Shown here: positions 1 through 15,832 of the stretch, piece by piece
Layout: each line of letters starts with the position of its first letter
Numbering within the stretch: position 1 is the stretch's first letter
DNA from: Microthyrium microscopicum
Lineage: Eukaryota
NCBI GenBank assembly: GCA_010405405.1
Contig: MU004232.1
Coordinates: 639,481 to 703,480 of the forward strand
Reading direction: 5' to 3'
DNA length: 64,000 bases
Notes under the pieces: model-generated
Database searches by the model: none
Told to the model about the DNA's origin: nothing
The model's input: only the letters and a program-made list of their open reading frames with translations
Translations under genes and position numbers: made by a program

Positions 1-1127
1 GTGACCTTCTTCAAGAAAATTAAGGTTGCATATATAAGAACATGACGGCAGGGACTAGTTTGGTCTGTAGCTTCCAGATATAGACGCGACAAAGCGAGGT
101 GACGAGAATATTACATTTCCTGACACCTCGAAAGCACCTCAAGGAGGACAGACGCAGACCAGAAGCGCGTTATCTTCGTGGAGAATAACAGTATCAAGAA
201 CATGCCCAGCCTTAAACACTGTAGTCTACTTGCTCCATGATCTTGAAAGCGCTCGTTATCATGAGGTCTCCAGCTTCTCCGCCTTCAAATGCGTCGCAAA
301 TAGCTGGGATCAAAATGTGCAGAGAAGACGCATGAGGACGTCAGGGACTGAAGCAGAGCCTAGGTCAGAAAGCAGGCGAAAAGAACCTCAATGTAAGAAG
401 AAGATAGCTTTGTGCAAAGCGCAACATGGATAGTAGTTTTATCTAGTAAAATGGTCGAACGACTTGTCAGCAGCGGCTCTTATCAATGGTATCTCACGTT
501 CGGCAAAGAGGAGGGAAAATGGAGTCTATATGATCCTTTTATCTTCACGAGGCTATGGGATCAATTGCTATTCTCCTTCGCGCAAACATAAGCACACACA
601 AACATGATACTAACGCGGCACACCGTTTGAAAGCGCTCGTGGGTCATATGGTGTTCCAAAACCCTGCTTTCTGAAATGACGATGGGCGATGCGCTATGCG
701 CTCGCTTTTTGGAATGATATCGGGAATGCCTGATAAACGTAGGTCTAGTTCAACACCAATTAAATGACCTCTGTGATCAGCGGTGCCTCCTCCAGATACT
801 ACGACATGAGCGGCTCGCTAGGTTTTGCCGTCATGTTTTAGTATCGATAATTGACAATTACAACTTTGAAAGAAGAGAAGGTGACTGGTTGGTCGAGCTT
901 TTGATCAGGTAGTCAGGCCACTTACAATTACCATGATCAAGTCGTCAGCTGTCGCTAAGAAAAGCGCAGTCATTGCTGTGCTGAGCCTTATATATACCGC
1001 TATCTGTGAAGTCAAGATCAAGAGAATCCCGAATCAAGTTATCTGCTCGTCTAAAGTTATCTGGTCGACAGACAACTTTCAAGAGGGCCTGCTTGTTCAC
1101 CGAATTGAACATCTTTATTGCTTCCCT

Positions 1128-2966
1128 ATGCTTCGACATTGCAGTCACTCCGCTGTTCAATTTGAACCATCCCAAGAAGCCATAGATGCTGGCTTTGACT
1201 GGCAAAGTGAATCAGAGCGGGCCAAGGCGGCTGGTACAATCAAAGCTGAGAAAGAATACGAAATTCGAGAAGGAAATCCTGAGCCAGGCACCAAATTGAA
1301 GTGGTCGAGGCAGTCTAAACTTCCAGATGAAGAACCCTATTTTCCAGCCCCGGTTCTGCTCACACGCAAGGAGGTTGAATCAAATCAGAACTGTCCCTAT
1401 CAGTCTCTGGAAAATTGGATAGCGTCGAGAAGTTCTTGGTATAGACACCCAGACAAAGAGAATGTGTACATTGCATGGATGGAGGCAAGTTATGCTAAAT
1501 GATCTTGGTTACGGTACTTACCTTTTTTTGATAAAGCTCGGTTGTCAACTAGCATTTATAAGGGATCTTACATATGGCAGAAAGCGCATCCGAGAATTGA
1601 TGTGCCATTGCATCGTTACTGCCCATTGTAACTGACAAATCGATAGGATCCTGAAGGGCCTGTCGCTTCTCTGGAATCATGGATCAAGCCCCAGTTTGAA
1701 TCCCAGGAACAGATTCACTCAAACAAGTTCGATAGCGATGACCTCTTTTTCTACCTTAAAGATTTCTACTATCCTCGTGGTTTCAAACTAATCGGAGGGA
1801 AACTTGGTCTCACGCTTCACTATCGCCATACAGTGGATGAATTACTGAACGACCGGGGATGTATTGGCATGACGTGGAAGGAGGCATTCTTCCCTATCAG
1901 ATACAGAGAGTGTCCAGATAGGTAAGTAGACGAAAACACCGACGCAACTGATGATAAAACATCTTGACATCGAAACCAGTTCCTCCAAATTGGCAAAGTC
2001 TCTTTATTCCTGTTTCTCGTCATTTCTGTCTCTGGTCATTTCACGTTAAGATGTCTTTGCGGATGCTACTTTCGTACCGAAGCTCATACAGAATATAGAG
2101 CCTACATGAGGCAGTTGAATGCTGATGATCTGCTTCAAGCCTGCATACAAATATCTATGGACGGTGATGGCGTAGCTGGCACCTTGATGCTTATTGTCGA
2201 CTTCGATTTGTACGGAAATGACGAAAGCATTCCATATTACTGCGGTCGTACGAATAAGAAGATGCGTGTATCTGTAGTTTCAACAGCCAGATATCATCCT
2301 GCTCTTGACACATTACAGAAAGTCTCGAGAGAACATTCGTGGCCTGCATCTCATTGTCGGAGGTATATCAGCAAGGCTTGGGCCAATGAAGATGTACGAA
2401 TGGACGAAGGTGATATTTGGTCCAGTCAAGCGGAGTATGATGAACATCAAGAGCTGCGAACGCCGAAAGCCGTGTCAGACTGGTATGAATCAATGCCAGC
2501 GTGGGATCCAGAGAAGCCTCTGGAGCGCTCCTTGGAAACCTTTAAAAGCCTTGCATCAATTGAAGTGATGGCCAAGAAAAATCCATGTACACTGGAAAAT
2601 GTATGGTTGGCGCGAGTTGCGAGAAGAGCAAGCCATGAACTCGGACACTGCTTTGGATTTCATCACTGCGCTTACTATGCTTGTTTGATGCAAAAGTCAA
2701 CATCTATTGCAGAAGAATTGCGACAAGCCCCCTATCTGTGCCTAGTCTGTGGAGCTAAGCTTGCCCGTCTAGGTCCAATTCACAGTAAGGATGAGATGTT
2801 CAGCCTGGAGACCGAAAGATACGAAAAGATGGTTGCTGGATTGGAAGGCTACTTGAAACTGGGAGATTGTCATAACTTTCATGCTCATCGAGCCTTTTTG
2901 AAACAGATATTATTCATGAGACGCAACTACGATGGGCAGACACATGGCTGGAACCTCGTTCCATGA
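1128..2966 (+). CDS. Archaemetzincin-like zinc metalloprotease (peptidase M54), about 3 exons
   Basis: Last exon has HELGHCFGFHHC..Y.CLM..S....E....P.YLC..C..KL, the archaemetzincin HExxHxxGxxHC plus Cys motif. Upstream exons (about 1128-1485 and 1647-1921) were joined by eye; start codon and first donor are uncertain. Confidence 0.8.
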
Positions 2967-3730
2967 ATGACGGTTCTTTTACTTCAAATGAACAGCATAG
3001 ACTTCTAGGTAGCCAGCTATACGAAGAAAGGCGCATAATCTGCTTTCGAAGAGGAATGCTACTAGATGTCATAATGGTTCATGGTGGCTATGCCTTCTTT
3101 GTGGTCCACAGCTGAACCCCACGATACTTCCATGAAGCTCTACATTGATATCGGTGTACCTCTCATGCCAACTTCAGCCCACAAAGTTGTATGTTGCATC
3201 AACTACGGCATGTCGAGTTGGGTTCGAAGTTTGCTTTTGAGCTGAAACATTGATCCAATTCCTCCATTAAGGTTCTGCAATATCATACTCTCATAATCTC
3301 AGCTTAGGAACCCAATATACAGCAGTTTTGATCCGAACAAGCACGCAACATTCGATATTTGGAAGGAAGAACTGCAAGTCGAGTAGCAAAAGGTCAGTGA
3401 CTGAATATTGACGACGCATAACTTCAGAGGATCAGACATACACGTCTATATCTTCTGCTCTCGAAGCTTCCTATCTTCCCTCTCAACTCAACAGTTTTTT
3501 TCACATCCTGAAGCTTGCAAGATTTAGAGTCCTAGATTTACAGAATCCTGCCCCAAAGGCTAAGAGAGCACGGAAATATTAGAATGGCTTGTAGACAGTG
3601 AGTACCACGATAGAATCGATGCAACATTCAGATTATCTGACAGGGACCAGAACACGGAAGGCAGAAAGAGCCTCTGCCGTAGCTACGAGGTGATTGAATT
3701 ATCTGACTTTCCTGCTCCCTCAAATGACTG

Positions 3731-4666
3731 ATGAGGACTAGCAAAATACATAAACGCGAGAGACGTCAAGATGGTGGTCGAGTCAGAAAGGGAGCTCGTA
3801 AAGCCACAACGTCCCCCAGTCCAGACCCGACCCCAGAGCCATATGTAGTAGATTCACTTTTTTTGTCCCCGGAGCCAAGCCTGAAGCCATCTCCAGAGGC
3901 ATCTCCAGAGCCCGCTTCTGCAGATTCATCCCCCGAACCAACATCATCACGCCCATCATCCTCAAGATCATCGCCATCTCCACCTCCAATTCCAGACCTA
4001 CGTGTCATCCTAGTATCAAAGCCAATCGAAGGCCAGTCCTCCAAAACTAAAGCCATGTACGTCTTTCCCAGCTATACCCCGTCCTCCCACCAACTGACCC
4101 TCCCCAGCCAAACTCTCACCCCATTCGCTGCCCAAGAAGCAGCCTTCCGCGTCCGCGACCGGTTAGCCGAGCTCTACCGCCTTCGAACCATGCGCGTCAG
4201 AAAATATCAGCGGGCTCAGCTTCTAAGCCAGATCAAAGTTCCTACTGTCGAAGAAATCCAAGACACTTGGTCCGCACTCTTCGGAATACGCATGACCATA
4301 TCAGAAGCTGAAGCAATTCAAGGCAACCTGCCCAAAGCAAGCCACCTCCTGCTTGCGGCGCCGGCGAGCTATATGGAGCGCGTGCGGTATTTGCAGGCGG
4401 AGATGCCAGAGGCGGTGAGACGGGCAGAGGAGAAGTTTGAGGCTGATCAGAAGAAGTTGGGCGAGATCGGATCGGAAGAAGAGGTATGATGAATTTGGGT
4501 GCGGAGGAAGATGCAGAGGCTGATTTGTGCGTAGGAGGACTGGACGATCGGTGATTTGAAGTTGTGGAAAGAGGCGGATAAGTTTGTGAAGGATACGAAG
4601 GAGGCGAAGAGGGCGCGAGTGGAGCAGATGAGAAAATCAATGGCGAAGTGGCTTAAGGGTGCTTGA
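3731..4666 (+). CDS. Hypothetical Ser/Pro-rich protein, spliced; 5' end uncertain
   Basis: 252-aa ORF; a GTATGA donor near 4483 and a GCTGAT..TAG acceptor near 4534 add an exon EDWTIGDLKLWKE...KWLKGA* ending at 4666. No recognisable domain. Confidence 0.5.
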
Positions 4667-4978
4667 GAGAGATTGCTTGAGATTTGATTTTGTCGAAGGC
4701 GAGGGAGCTGGGTTCAAATTAAAGCGGAAAGTGTATAAAAACTTGCTCTCATGCAGAGAGGGGACACCATTCCAGAAGGAAATTTGCTTTGAGGTGGTCA
4801 TGTCTTAGACTTCATATCATCACTAAGAATACACCATATCAAGTATTGAAGACATAAAGACATCAATTACGAATAGGTATCTCATTGTAATCGTCTCTCC
4901 TATCAGTTGGGTATTACTACCACCAGCTCTTTATCAATACACAAACTCCATGCTCCCAAAGAAAACAACATATTCTCG

Positions 4979-7052
4979 TCATTCAGGAATCGGTTTGCCC
5001 AACCCACTTCTAATAGCTGGACTTCGACTCCTGTTTATTCTCGCCTCCACCCCCGCCATCAAATTATCCCGACTATCCGCCCTGACCAACATACCTTCCC
5101 CCAATATTGCCCTCTTTCCCGGACTTCCCGCGCCATCCGGCGATTCCACGGTAAGCTTCGGTGTCGCCCAGCCAGACGCTCTACCCGTCTCATTGCCAAT
5201 CTCTTCCTCGAAATCATAGCCACCAAGCTCAAACTCGGCGGCTTCTGCGGCGTTTGCTCCGCTAACGCGTTCGTAGGCGGGAGCGAGACCAAAGATTTTG
5301 CTGAGACGGGAGGGACTACCGCCGCTGGAATGTTTGCGCCGGCTGGCGCCACCACAGCCGAAGGCGGTGAAAACGCGCGAGAGGATCCGAGTCCGGCGAT
5401 CACGGCCGCAGAGGAGGAGGGCGGCGACGCACAGGATGAGTAAGAACAAGAGGAGGCCTGGGATACGACGGGGCGAGTCATCAAACAGCGAATCAAAGAG
5501 GTCGTCCGCTTCCGCTATGAGGCCTTTATTCCCAGAGGGCCGTTGAAAGTCCTGAGGCATAGCGATACCAGGAATATTTGAGCCAAAGCCCACAGGATGT
5601 GCGCCTTCTGGCATAGGCACCTCCGAAGACGCATAGAGGACCATTTTGCCGAGCGTCCAAGAAACTTCCGTGCCTTCGATTTTGTTGACTGCCTGGAAGG
5701 GGTTGAGGAAGCCTTTTGATTTAGCGCTATTGATGATTTCTTTAGTGACGTTTTTGCTATCTGGCACGCCTTCGAGACCGACGCGCGGGATACCAATGCC
5801 ATCGTGCAACATATTGATGAGCCAGGAAGCTTTGAAGCAGATTTGGTCTGCAATGCCTTCGTCGACATCTTTACCCCATTGATGCGCGTTGATGCCTTTT
5901 GCTATTTCTTCCCAAGGCTTGCTGCAGAAGTCGTTGACGCGGGTTTGGTAGGTGTTAAAGTCGTATGCTTTTTCTTTGTAGCCCATTTCGAATATCTCGT
6001 GGGTTGTGTGCCAGTACTCTGACACGCCTACGAAGTGATTTACGTCGAAATCGATTGCTGGAACGTGCATGCCTCCTAGAAGACAAGGTTCATCATTACA
6101 TGGTTTTTCTTTTTCGAGAAGGGGATTCGTTTGCCGAAGACACTGGGCGAAGTCGCCGGTCCCGAGTAGGATTTGTCCCTCCGCTTTATCCTTTACAGGC
6201 GTGCCGTCTGTCGTGAGCTTGAGTCCTTTGGGAAGACATGGATCCGGCAATTCTATTATATATGGATCCGTTGACTCTCGAAGCGCATCGACATATCGTG
6301 ATCTAGCTTGATTCGCACCGAAACCCAGCCACGTGCTAGTGAATACTTGATACTCATCATCCCGACCACTTAACTGTCGCAGTCGCAATAGCTTCAAGTC
6401 ATTCGCATGCTTTTGCGTTTCGGTAACATTTGGCACAAATGCGATTTGCGCAGATGCCCCACCCATATCGAGAAAGCCGTATGTATGATGACCCTTTCCA
6501 TGGTTGTGTTCTTCTGGATTATCAAATCCGCCTAAAAGATAATTTGCTGCGATCCATCCATAAAGTCCCTCGGTTTCGCCTGGTATGACTTGTATGTGGA
6601 GATCACAGTCTGGTATTTGAAAGTCCGAGTACTCGCGCGCAAAGCTGCATATTGAGTCCAAAACTTGTTCTCGTTGTATTTGTGGTAGAAGGCGCATTCC
6701 TGCTGTGGCTAATAGGAAGAGGGGTGTGTCTTTGACTTGATTCTTAGGTACGTGTTTAAGGGCATGATCGAGGAGGGGTTTGAGATGATCGGTGCCGACG
6801 GATTCGGGCGTGGGACCAAATGTAGAGACACCGGGATGTGTCTTTAATGTCCATTTCTTCTTCGTTTCGATTTCAGGGAGGGCGTTGAGATCGTGGCCTT
6901 TCTTGCGCGACCATGAGGGATCGTGCCATCGATAAACGTATACGCGGGTTCCGGATGAGCCGGCGTCGAGTATTACACCGTATCGCCCTGGGGTATTGTT
7001 AGTGGACTTGAGCAAGTGGTGATAAGGCTGTAGGGGACATACACTTGGCCAT
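4979..7052 (-). CDS. ynd1: Golgi apyrase / nucleoside diphosphatase (GDA1/CD39 family)
   Basis: Apyrase conserved regions ILDAGSSGTR, LATAGMR, GETEGLYGW and LDMGGASAQ, plus a C-terminal TM helix. A 10-nt first exon (7043-7052) and intron 6988-7042 give the N-terminus MAKWRYGVILDAG. Confidence 0.92.
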
Positions 7053-7819
7053 TACGTGGAATGTGGTATCAAAATGATAAGGAGTATAGTCGCGTAAAAG
7101 AGCAGGATAAAGTGGTAAGGCGAAGAAGGGTTCGTTGAAAAGTAAGGCAGGCAAAGCGAGTGACAGAGTAGGAGTAAGAAAAGGAGTGATATAGGGATTG
7201 AAGTTGAGAATGGACAGATGGCGATAGCAGTGATGATACCAGATGCAAGGCAAGTACGACTAGCGACTAACGTTGGATTTGGGTAGGGGGAAGGAACGAC
7301 TAGACAGGGGGGCAGACCATGGTCGCCGTTTCCGCACCAAAAGCCTCCTTTTTCAATCTCTTGGCATTTCTACAACATCAACAACTTCCTTTGTGATGCT
7401 TTTGACAAGTTATTTTTGGAATGACAGCCACCAAGGCAGCCTGATCTAGATCTGGGATCATGCCCTTTCTCCATATGATCGACCTATACCCAGCTAATAC
7501 AGCTATATATCCCCAGATTTTCGGGTGTTACATGTTAATGTTGACCTGAACAAAGTCTCTGATCAGCTTAAACTTTCTGGTAATAATAGGATTCGAACAA
7601 TGGATGCTAATTCCAGCCTATCAAAATGCAGGTAACTTTGTCTCTTTCTTCAAGACGCGTGGCCTTGCAGACGATCTTCAGCCCTGCTCAAACTACCATT
7701 CCTCTGTCACACTTTTCCCATATATTCCCGTTACCGGCTTGTTCACATACTCCAATCATACTCTTTCAAATCAAGGCTTGAAATTCTTCTTCTATAAGGC
7801 TGTTGATATCCAGCATAAC

Positions 7820-8706
7820 TCAGTCCTCCAACAAAAACCTTAAAAACGCTTGCGCAATAATCACCCCATCATCATGGTCCTGCAACCTCCTAATACCATC
7901 CTCAAACAACCCCTCTGGGAATATCCCCATCTTATTCCTTGACTTCAGTATCTCCTCCACAATATCCCTCGTAAACTCCGGATGGCCTTGCACAGTGACC
8001 AGTCGATTCTTTTGATACATGCCCTGATTGGCGCATTTGTCTGTAGTGGCAAGATGCTCGACTCCTGGTGGGAAGGAGGATACTATGTCTCTATGCATTT
8101 GATATATACTCTGGTGGAAAATGTCAACAACGACACGGACATTGGGATTCGGTACTAGGGGCTGAAGACGGAAATGAGAGGGGGAAATGTACTAATTTGT
8201 CTTGTTTGAACAGCTTCTTGCCTTCCTCAGTAAGGTCAACGGCATGTACAGAAACTTCCCATCCGGCATCACTGCGTCCTACTTTGGCACCCAGCGCTCG
8301 GCCAACAATTTGATGGCCGAAGCAAACGCCAATGGTGCGAACGCGATCTTGGGCGAGGACTTTCTCTGTGAATTCGACGAGTCGTAATATCCAGGGATCA
8401 TTATCAAAAGAGTTGAATTCTAATCACAATTAGTGACACAATCCCAACTCAAGTGGTGTAGATAGTACTTGATCCTGTAAGCAAAATCGCATCAATATCA
8501 TCCAAATTCGGATAGAACAGTTCTGTAGTTATAGGCCAGTATGAAAGTTCCAGTCCTTCCTTCGCACTGAGTCCTGGATGGCCCAGTGCATCAGCAGCTC
8601 TTTCGAGTAGTTGTTTGAAGACGCCTCCATATCCGCCGAACTTGGCTTTTGTTCCTGGTAGAGGAGTATCGCACTCTAGTATCGCGATTCGGAGCGGAAC
8701 TTTCAT
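7820..8706 (-). CDS. Class I glutamine amidotransferase-like protein (GMP synthase GATase-like), 3 exons
   Basis: LRIAILECDTP N-terminus, GVCFGHQ nucleophile elbow in the middle exon, VQGHPEF His-Glu motif. Confidence 0.9.
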
Positions 8707-9323
8707 TGTGAATTGATTTTGGTTTGTGGTGATGGAGTTGTGTTGTTATCGCGAAAGCGGGACTGGTGGCGGCTTGGTGTGTGGTGGGGTCTAGCATTCC
8801 CAATGTCGATAACACACTTGATTCCTCTCAAGACCAATATCTCCTTGACATCTTGTTGATCACCTTTCTTTTTGTTGTTGTACTATTACACTGTCCTCAT
8901 AAAATAGGTCTACATCACTCACTTGAGTTCAAGCTGCTATCAAATCCGCCCTTGGTGTTGCCACCATATCTCTGTTTGTCTACCAACGATCTACAAATCA
9001 CTGTAACATATAACGACTCCACCACCAAACTATTTCATATCGGAAGCAAGGAACTAATTGTACATCTCAAAACAATTTGAGAGCTGGACAGGGGTGTGGA
9101 CAAAGTTTGTCTCTGACAAAGCATTAGATTTGGATCAACTCCTGTCTTATGACCGCAACAGCCTGATCCGTCACACAAATATCTACATAACTATTCTATA
9201 AAAACTAAGGATCTGGAAACGCTTGAGCTGTCCTCAAAATCTAAAAGAGCGAGGGGAAGTGAAGGAACCGATTCACAACTGACGCAATCGAATCAATCCG
9301 GAGTATAAACGGAGACGGTGAAC

Positions 9324-11151
9324 ATGGCGTCGACCACGATACCTCCCGATGACCACTCTCGATTACTCGGAGACCAAAACGAAGATGGCGACCCGCCCAT
9401 TCAAACGTACGGAACTCAACCTGAACCAGAAGATGACCATCATCACAAGAACCCCGACTCCCCATACCTAATAGACGCAACTCGCACCAAATTCTGGTTC
9501 ATATTCGGTCCCATCCTTCTCCAATACTTCGTTGCCATGTTCGACAGCTACTTCATGGCATCCAGCCATCCTGTCATAACATCCTACTTCAACGCCTCCA
9601 ACTCCGCCTCCTGGCTCTCCACCTCCTTCATGCTAACATCCACCGCCACTCAACCCGTCTTTGGCCGTCTATCCGACACCATTGGCCGTCGACCAGTCTA
9701 CCTAACCGCGTTGGTCGGTTTCATGGTAACGACGGCCTGGTGCGCAGGAGCGCAAAGCATAGGATCATTGATAGCGGCGAGGGCATTGTGCGGAATTGCG
9801 GCAGGTGGTGTGTTGAGTATGGCAGGTATAATGACCAATGATCTGGTCAAGATTGAGGTCCGTGGAACATATCAAGCATACATTAACCTCCTCTATGGTT
9901 CTGGTGCAGCTTTTGGTACAGCTTTCGGTGGTGCATTATGCGACACCATTGGCTGGCGCGGTGCATTCGCTATACAGATCCCACTCATCCTCTTCATCAC
10001 GATATGCGCCTACATCAACGTCCCCAGCAATCTCGGACCCCAGCTGGCTAAGCACTCATCACTCACCGTCCGCCAAACAATTCAGCAATTCGACATAGCA
10101 GGCTCCCTCCTCCTCATGCTCAGCGTCGCCCTCCTGATTCTAGGCCTAAATCTCGGCGGCAACATCCTTCCCTGGTCTAATCCCTTCGTCATTGGATCCC
10201 TCATAGTCAGCTTGATCGCAGGCGGCGTGTTAGTATGGGTCGAGTCTAAAGCGCTGCGACCAGTAATGCCATTAGCCATGATCGCCTCTCCACCGCGCTC
10301 AAATATTGTCCTCTCAAACTTTTTTTCCATGATAGGCATAAACCACATCCTCTTCAACGCACCTCTCTACTTCCAAGCCGTGCACTCCGACACGCCCTCC
10401 ATAGCCGGCTTCCGCCTCGCCATTCCCGCCGTCCTCACCACAATCTGTGGCGTGTCAACCGGCTTCTTCCTAACCTACACCGGGCGTCTCCACGCACCGC
10501 AAATTGCTGGCGCCATCTCCATGCTATCTGGCGCCGTCGGCCTCAGTAGCATGCCACGAGATGTGCCAATGTGGATCGCAACGGCCCTATGTGCACCGAC
10601 TGGAATTGGGCAAGGCTTGATGTTTCCGGCGACGACGTTGGCGGTGCTGGCGATTAGTAGCGTGGAGGAGCAGGCGGCTATGACGAGCACGTTGATGCTG
10701 TGGCGGAATTTGGGGACTGTTATGGGGGTGGCGGTTAGTAGTCTTGTTTTGCAGAATACTTTGGTACAGTATTTGGAGAAATACATTACGGGGCCGGATA
10801 AACAAGCTGTAAGTGTACCCTCCCTACGCTTTGGTTATTGATGAGAGATGTGGAGACTAATGGGAGGGGAAAATAGGTTATTGAGAAGGTACGGAAGAGT
10901 GTGAGGGCGGTTTTGGAGCTCAAGGGGGAAACGCATGAGCAAGGTGAGTCACAATCGAAGTGTTGTGAGGAGGTTTGTGCTAATCTTCTACAGCGCTGAT
11001 GGCGTATTCGGATGCGTTGAGATGGACCTTCATATCAGCGATAGGGTTCTTTGTTGTGGTTAATGTGCTTATCATACCAGTCAAGCTTCCTTGGCTTCGG
11101 AAAGATCGGGTAGCTGCTAATGTAGAAGAGGATGGCGAGTATCAGGACTGA
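9324..11151 (+). CDS. MFS transporter, DHA2/Vba (vacuolar basic amino acid or multidrug) type
   Basis: Multi-TM protein with motif A (FGRLSDTIGRR); two 3' introns extend the frame to TGA at 11149-11151. Confidence 0.9.
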
Positions 11152-11561
11152 GGAGAAGGATAAGACTCGATGAAGCAGCTTTGGTTTAAGGTTAATATGA
11201 TATGCCAGATGATGCAAGCATTGCCACGCACGATAAAGTATGTGGGAGATTGTAACTCATGACAGCAGCGCAGTCCAGGTCGGCGGCGGGAAAGACTAGG
11301 GAGAAAGACGAAGAACAAGTAAACTCAACATGCCCATGACTTCATGGACATTCTCCCCACAGTGGTCGTGACAGGTATTATCAGGTAGCTGGTAGCGGTT
11401 GTCATGGAAGCTTTTCGATTAGTGAAACACGGAAAGCCATTGTTGGCTTTAAAGATGATCATCAAGCGAAAGACTGTCTTGAGATAGGCTAGTACTTTAT
11501 ATACAGTCCATCCATTTCAGAGATTCGTCATCCAGTCCTAATACAACACGATCATCTATCA

Positions 11562-12762
<1,201 letters not shown>

Positions 12763-13664
12763 TATGCTGCTCGCAGCTTTTGGAGAGTCGAGAAGATGTC
12801 GGTAGGAAGGGGCGAGTTGTTTGATGAGAGGTAGGTTATCGGGATGAGGTTCGTGTAATGACGTGCGCACGAGGACAAGGACAGAGGACAGGCGGTAAAA
12901 GTTGAGCCAAAAGAAAAGGGTGCAAAAGACAGCGGCTATGCGGGCCCAGGTCAATATGAAGAATGCAAAAAAGCGAGATTATGAAAGGGGTATTGGTTGT
13001 TGTTGGATGTAGTTGGAGGGGTTCACAATGGAGAGAGAGAACAGTGGTTTGGTTTACGGTAGCTTGGTGATGGTTTGGTGTTTTGGTTGAAGCGCAAGGG
13101 CCACCAAGGCTGCGACCTAGCCCTAGCAGGGGCTAGTGTGAAGTCACTGCCAATTTTAGCTGAATGTTGTGTTGCCCCTGAATTGAATGCTCCTGCCATT
13201 TTTAAACTGACAGGATTCGATTCTTCTCTTCCAGTTGTTTGATGTATCGTGGTGCGACGTGCTTTTCAAAAACCCACAAGTCTATGAGTTGGATTTCAAA
13301 AAGGTCAGGATCCGACGTCAAAGTAGTCTGGAACTCGGAGAAACACCAAAAGGAGCATGATTGTGGAAGGCTGCCAGGCTCTCGATCCAAATGGACCATT
13401 GGAGATCACTCGACGCGGACGAGCAGTTACTGAAAGTGTTTGGTAGCCATGCCTCCGACTCGAGCGATCAAGTTCATGGACACGTCAAGATCACCTGATT
13501 CTACAGAGAGAGATGAACCGGTATCAGCAATATCTGGACAGTCTGCGAAACCAATATCCAGGAGTGGAATAGACTACTTCATACCAAAGCATCTTTCTAG
13601 AAATACTGCGCACGGAGGGCCTTCATATGCCGCATTGAGGAAGTTCGGTGTTCATGTTGCTTAA

Positions 13665-15077
13665 CTAATGCTTGTAGTCCAGCCAAGGGTCATCAAGAAG
13701 CTGTTCTGCTGTCTTTCGATCTTCTGGTCTCCACTGCAATAAACCGCGCACGAAACGTAAAAACGCGGCCTTTCGCTCACCATCGAGGCTGTTCGATGAG
13801 TTTTCAAGAGTCAGGTTCTTGGGTATAGGAACACCAGCCTTCCAATGACCTAGCTAAAGTTAGCAATTATTGCCTATCAAAAGCAACTCAACATACCGTC
13901 AGTATCAAAAAACTCGCCGCTTCGAGCTCCTCTTTTAAGCAAATCCAAGGGCGGCGGACCCAGTACTGCAACAACCTCAGCAAGGTGTGCCCGCGTCTTG
14001 TACCCGCTTCCATCAGGATCGTTCCCATAAAATAAATGCTTGTCCTCGAAAATATCCCAGATCTAGAGTCGTCAGCTGCAGGACTGATTCTTGAGGTAGT
14101 CAACAAACCATGGCGCCTACGTTCCAAACATCAGCAGGATAGCTCCATTCCGTTTTCAGCATCACTTCTGGACAGCGATAAACGTTAGGCTGAGCATCAT
14201 GTTTCTGAATTTCATCTCCGCGTACTGCAGAGCCGAAATCGCTCAGTACAGTTCTTCCAAATCTCTTAGGGCGTTCGAATTTGCGTGACTGATAAACTGG
14301 CTTCTCTTGCACAAACTTTCGCGGCGACGGATGATCTAACTCTGCCTGGGTGAAAGAATCCAGTAGTGATTTGTCTGCTATCTCCACTAGGATGTTGTCG
14401 GCCTTGATATCTAAAATTCGTTAGACGACTGCGCGAGTTAAAAAGGCTGAGGGGTTTACCAGTGTGAACTATCTTGCACTCTGAGTGAAGATAGCTCAGG
14501 CCTAGAAAGATCTGAGTAAGTCCAACGCGGAGAAGATCCTCCGTAAATCTATGAGTGGGATTTCTGTTCAAAAGATCTTTGAAACTGTCCCACATGGGCT
14601 TTTGTACCAGACACTTGTGGTCTCCGCCTAGTCGTGGTATCGTAAACACATCTAGTGCAGTTCTGACATGGCTGTATCCAGGATGGAAACGGTTTGTCTT
14701 GTTTATGATCTGATAGATATTGAATTCTTCTTGGTCAACACCCCCCCGAGTGTAAATCTTCAGAGTTTTAAAATCATGGCCCCTATTGATTAGCATACAT
14801 ATATTGTTGCAGTCTAAACAAGGACTTACACTAAGTCGCGCGCTAACCATACTGTTGATGTGAGTCCAAACCCTAGCTTTCCCACCACCTGATATCGAGT
14901 GTGGAAGATGTCTCCTATATTGACTGGATAGTATCTACCAGCTTTGAACTCCTCAAATTGCTCTTCCTCGATGATCTCGTGGTCGTTGATAAGTTGGAAG
15001 CCTGTCGCAGGAAATTGTAGAGGCGTTAGAGGTCGTTTCTGCACTAAACTTCTTGCGTATTTGAAAAGGGTTTGCAT
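13665..15077 (-). CDS. SRPK-like (CMGC) fungal protein kinase, 5 exons
   Basis: YYPVNIGD..RYQVVGKLGFGLTSTVWLARD, HTDIKADNIL, LSDFG, YRCPEV, ADVWNVG; ends LLDDPWLDYKH*. Confidence 0.88.
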
Positions 15078-15832
15078 CCCAATCTTTAATTGATACAATG
15101 CAAGTCTAAGATGATGAGAAGGAATCTAGGATGACAAACAGTTCAAGATGTAGTCCTCCATGTCCGGCTTGAATGAATAAGATCCCTGTCAACCATAAAG
15201 CAGCCAATCAAATATGAGCACTGAGTACGGTACAGCCTTGAAGCTCGAAAATTTCCTGCCATGATTGAGCTCAACTCGAAATTATCTATTATGCATCGAT
15301 TACGTGGTAGAGTTGGAAACTTTTCAAACCTATGGATTAAATTTCGAAATCTAACCACATGCATTTCGTCAAGTAATTGTGGGTTTTTGTCACATCAACC
15401 TTCAAACTTGACTTTGGTTCGCATACATTTGGCATTTGGTCATTAGTATGCAGAATGGTATGTATATAATATTTTCCAGATCTTGATATTCATCAGCTGA
15501 TTGTCCAAAGATCAGAATAAACCGACAGAGTATGAAATGCTACATTTCAGATGCTAGTACAAACTTGTCCCTTTGTCCCTTTCTGTACGCTTTGCATCCA
15601 ACCAGTCATTGACGACCTCGGCAAGAGCCGCAACACACCAACCCCGGATTATCAATCACATCCGCCTTAACTACAGGTACATTCTGCTAGCTTTTCTATT
15701 TTCTCCAAAGCAATCATGTAAACTGCACAATCTCAATATCACGCGAGTTCAGCCTTGTATCTCCAAAGTATATATTCACAGATTCCTGGGTCATCCAGCC
15801 AAGCGACAAGCCTTGTATGATCTGGTACCGCC

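Noticed and set aside
540..705. Isolated GATGGG/TATGGG half-sites resembling the 19-bp family
   Set aside because: No CCCATC arm at the right distance and no 19-bp phasing.
13117..13136. Short hairpin ctagccc-tagcag-gggctag upstream of PP2A
   Set aside because: A single 7-bp stem is expected by chance in 64 kb.
13665..15077. Kinase as a frameshifted pseudogene
   Set aside because: Frame changes coincide with GT..AG introns and the catalytic motifs are intact.
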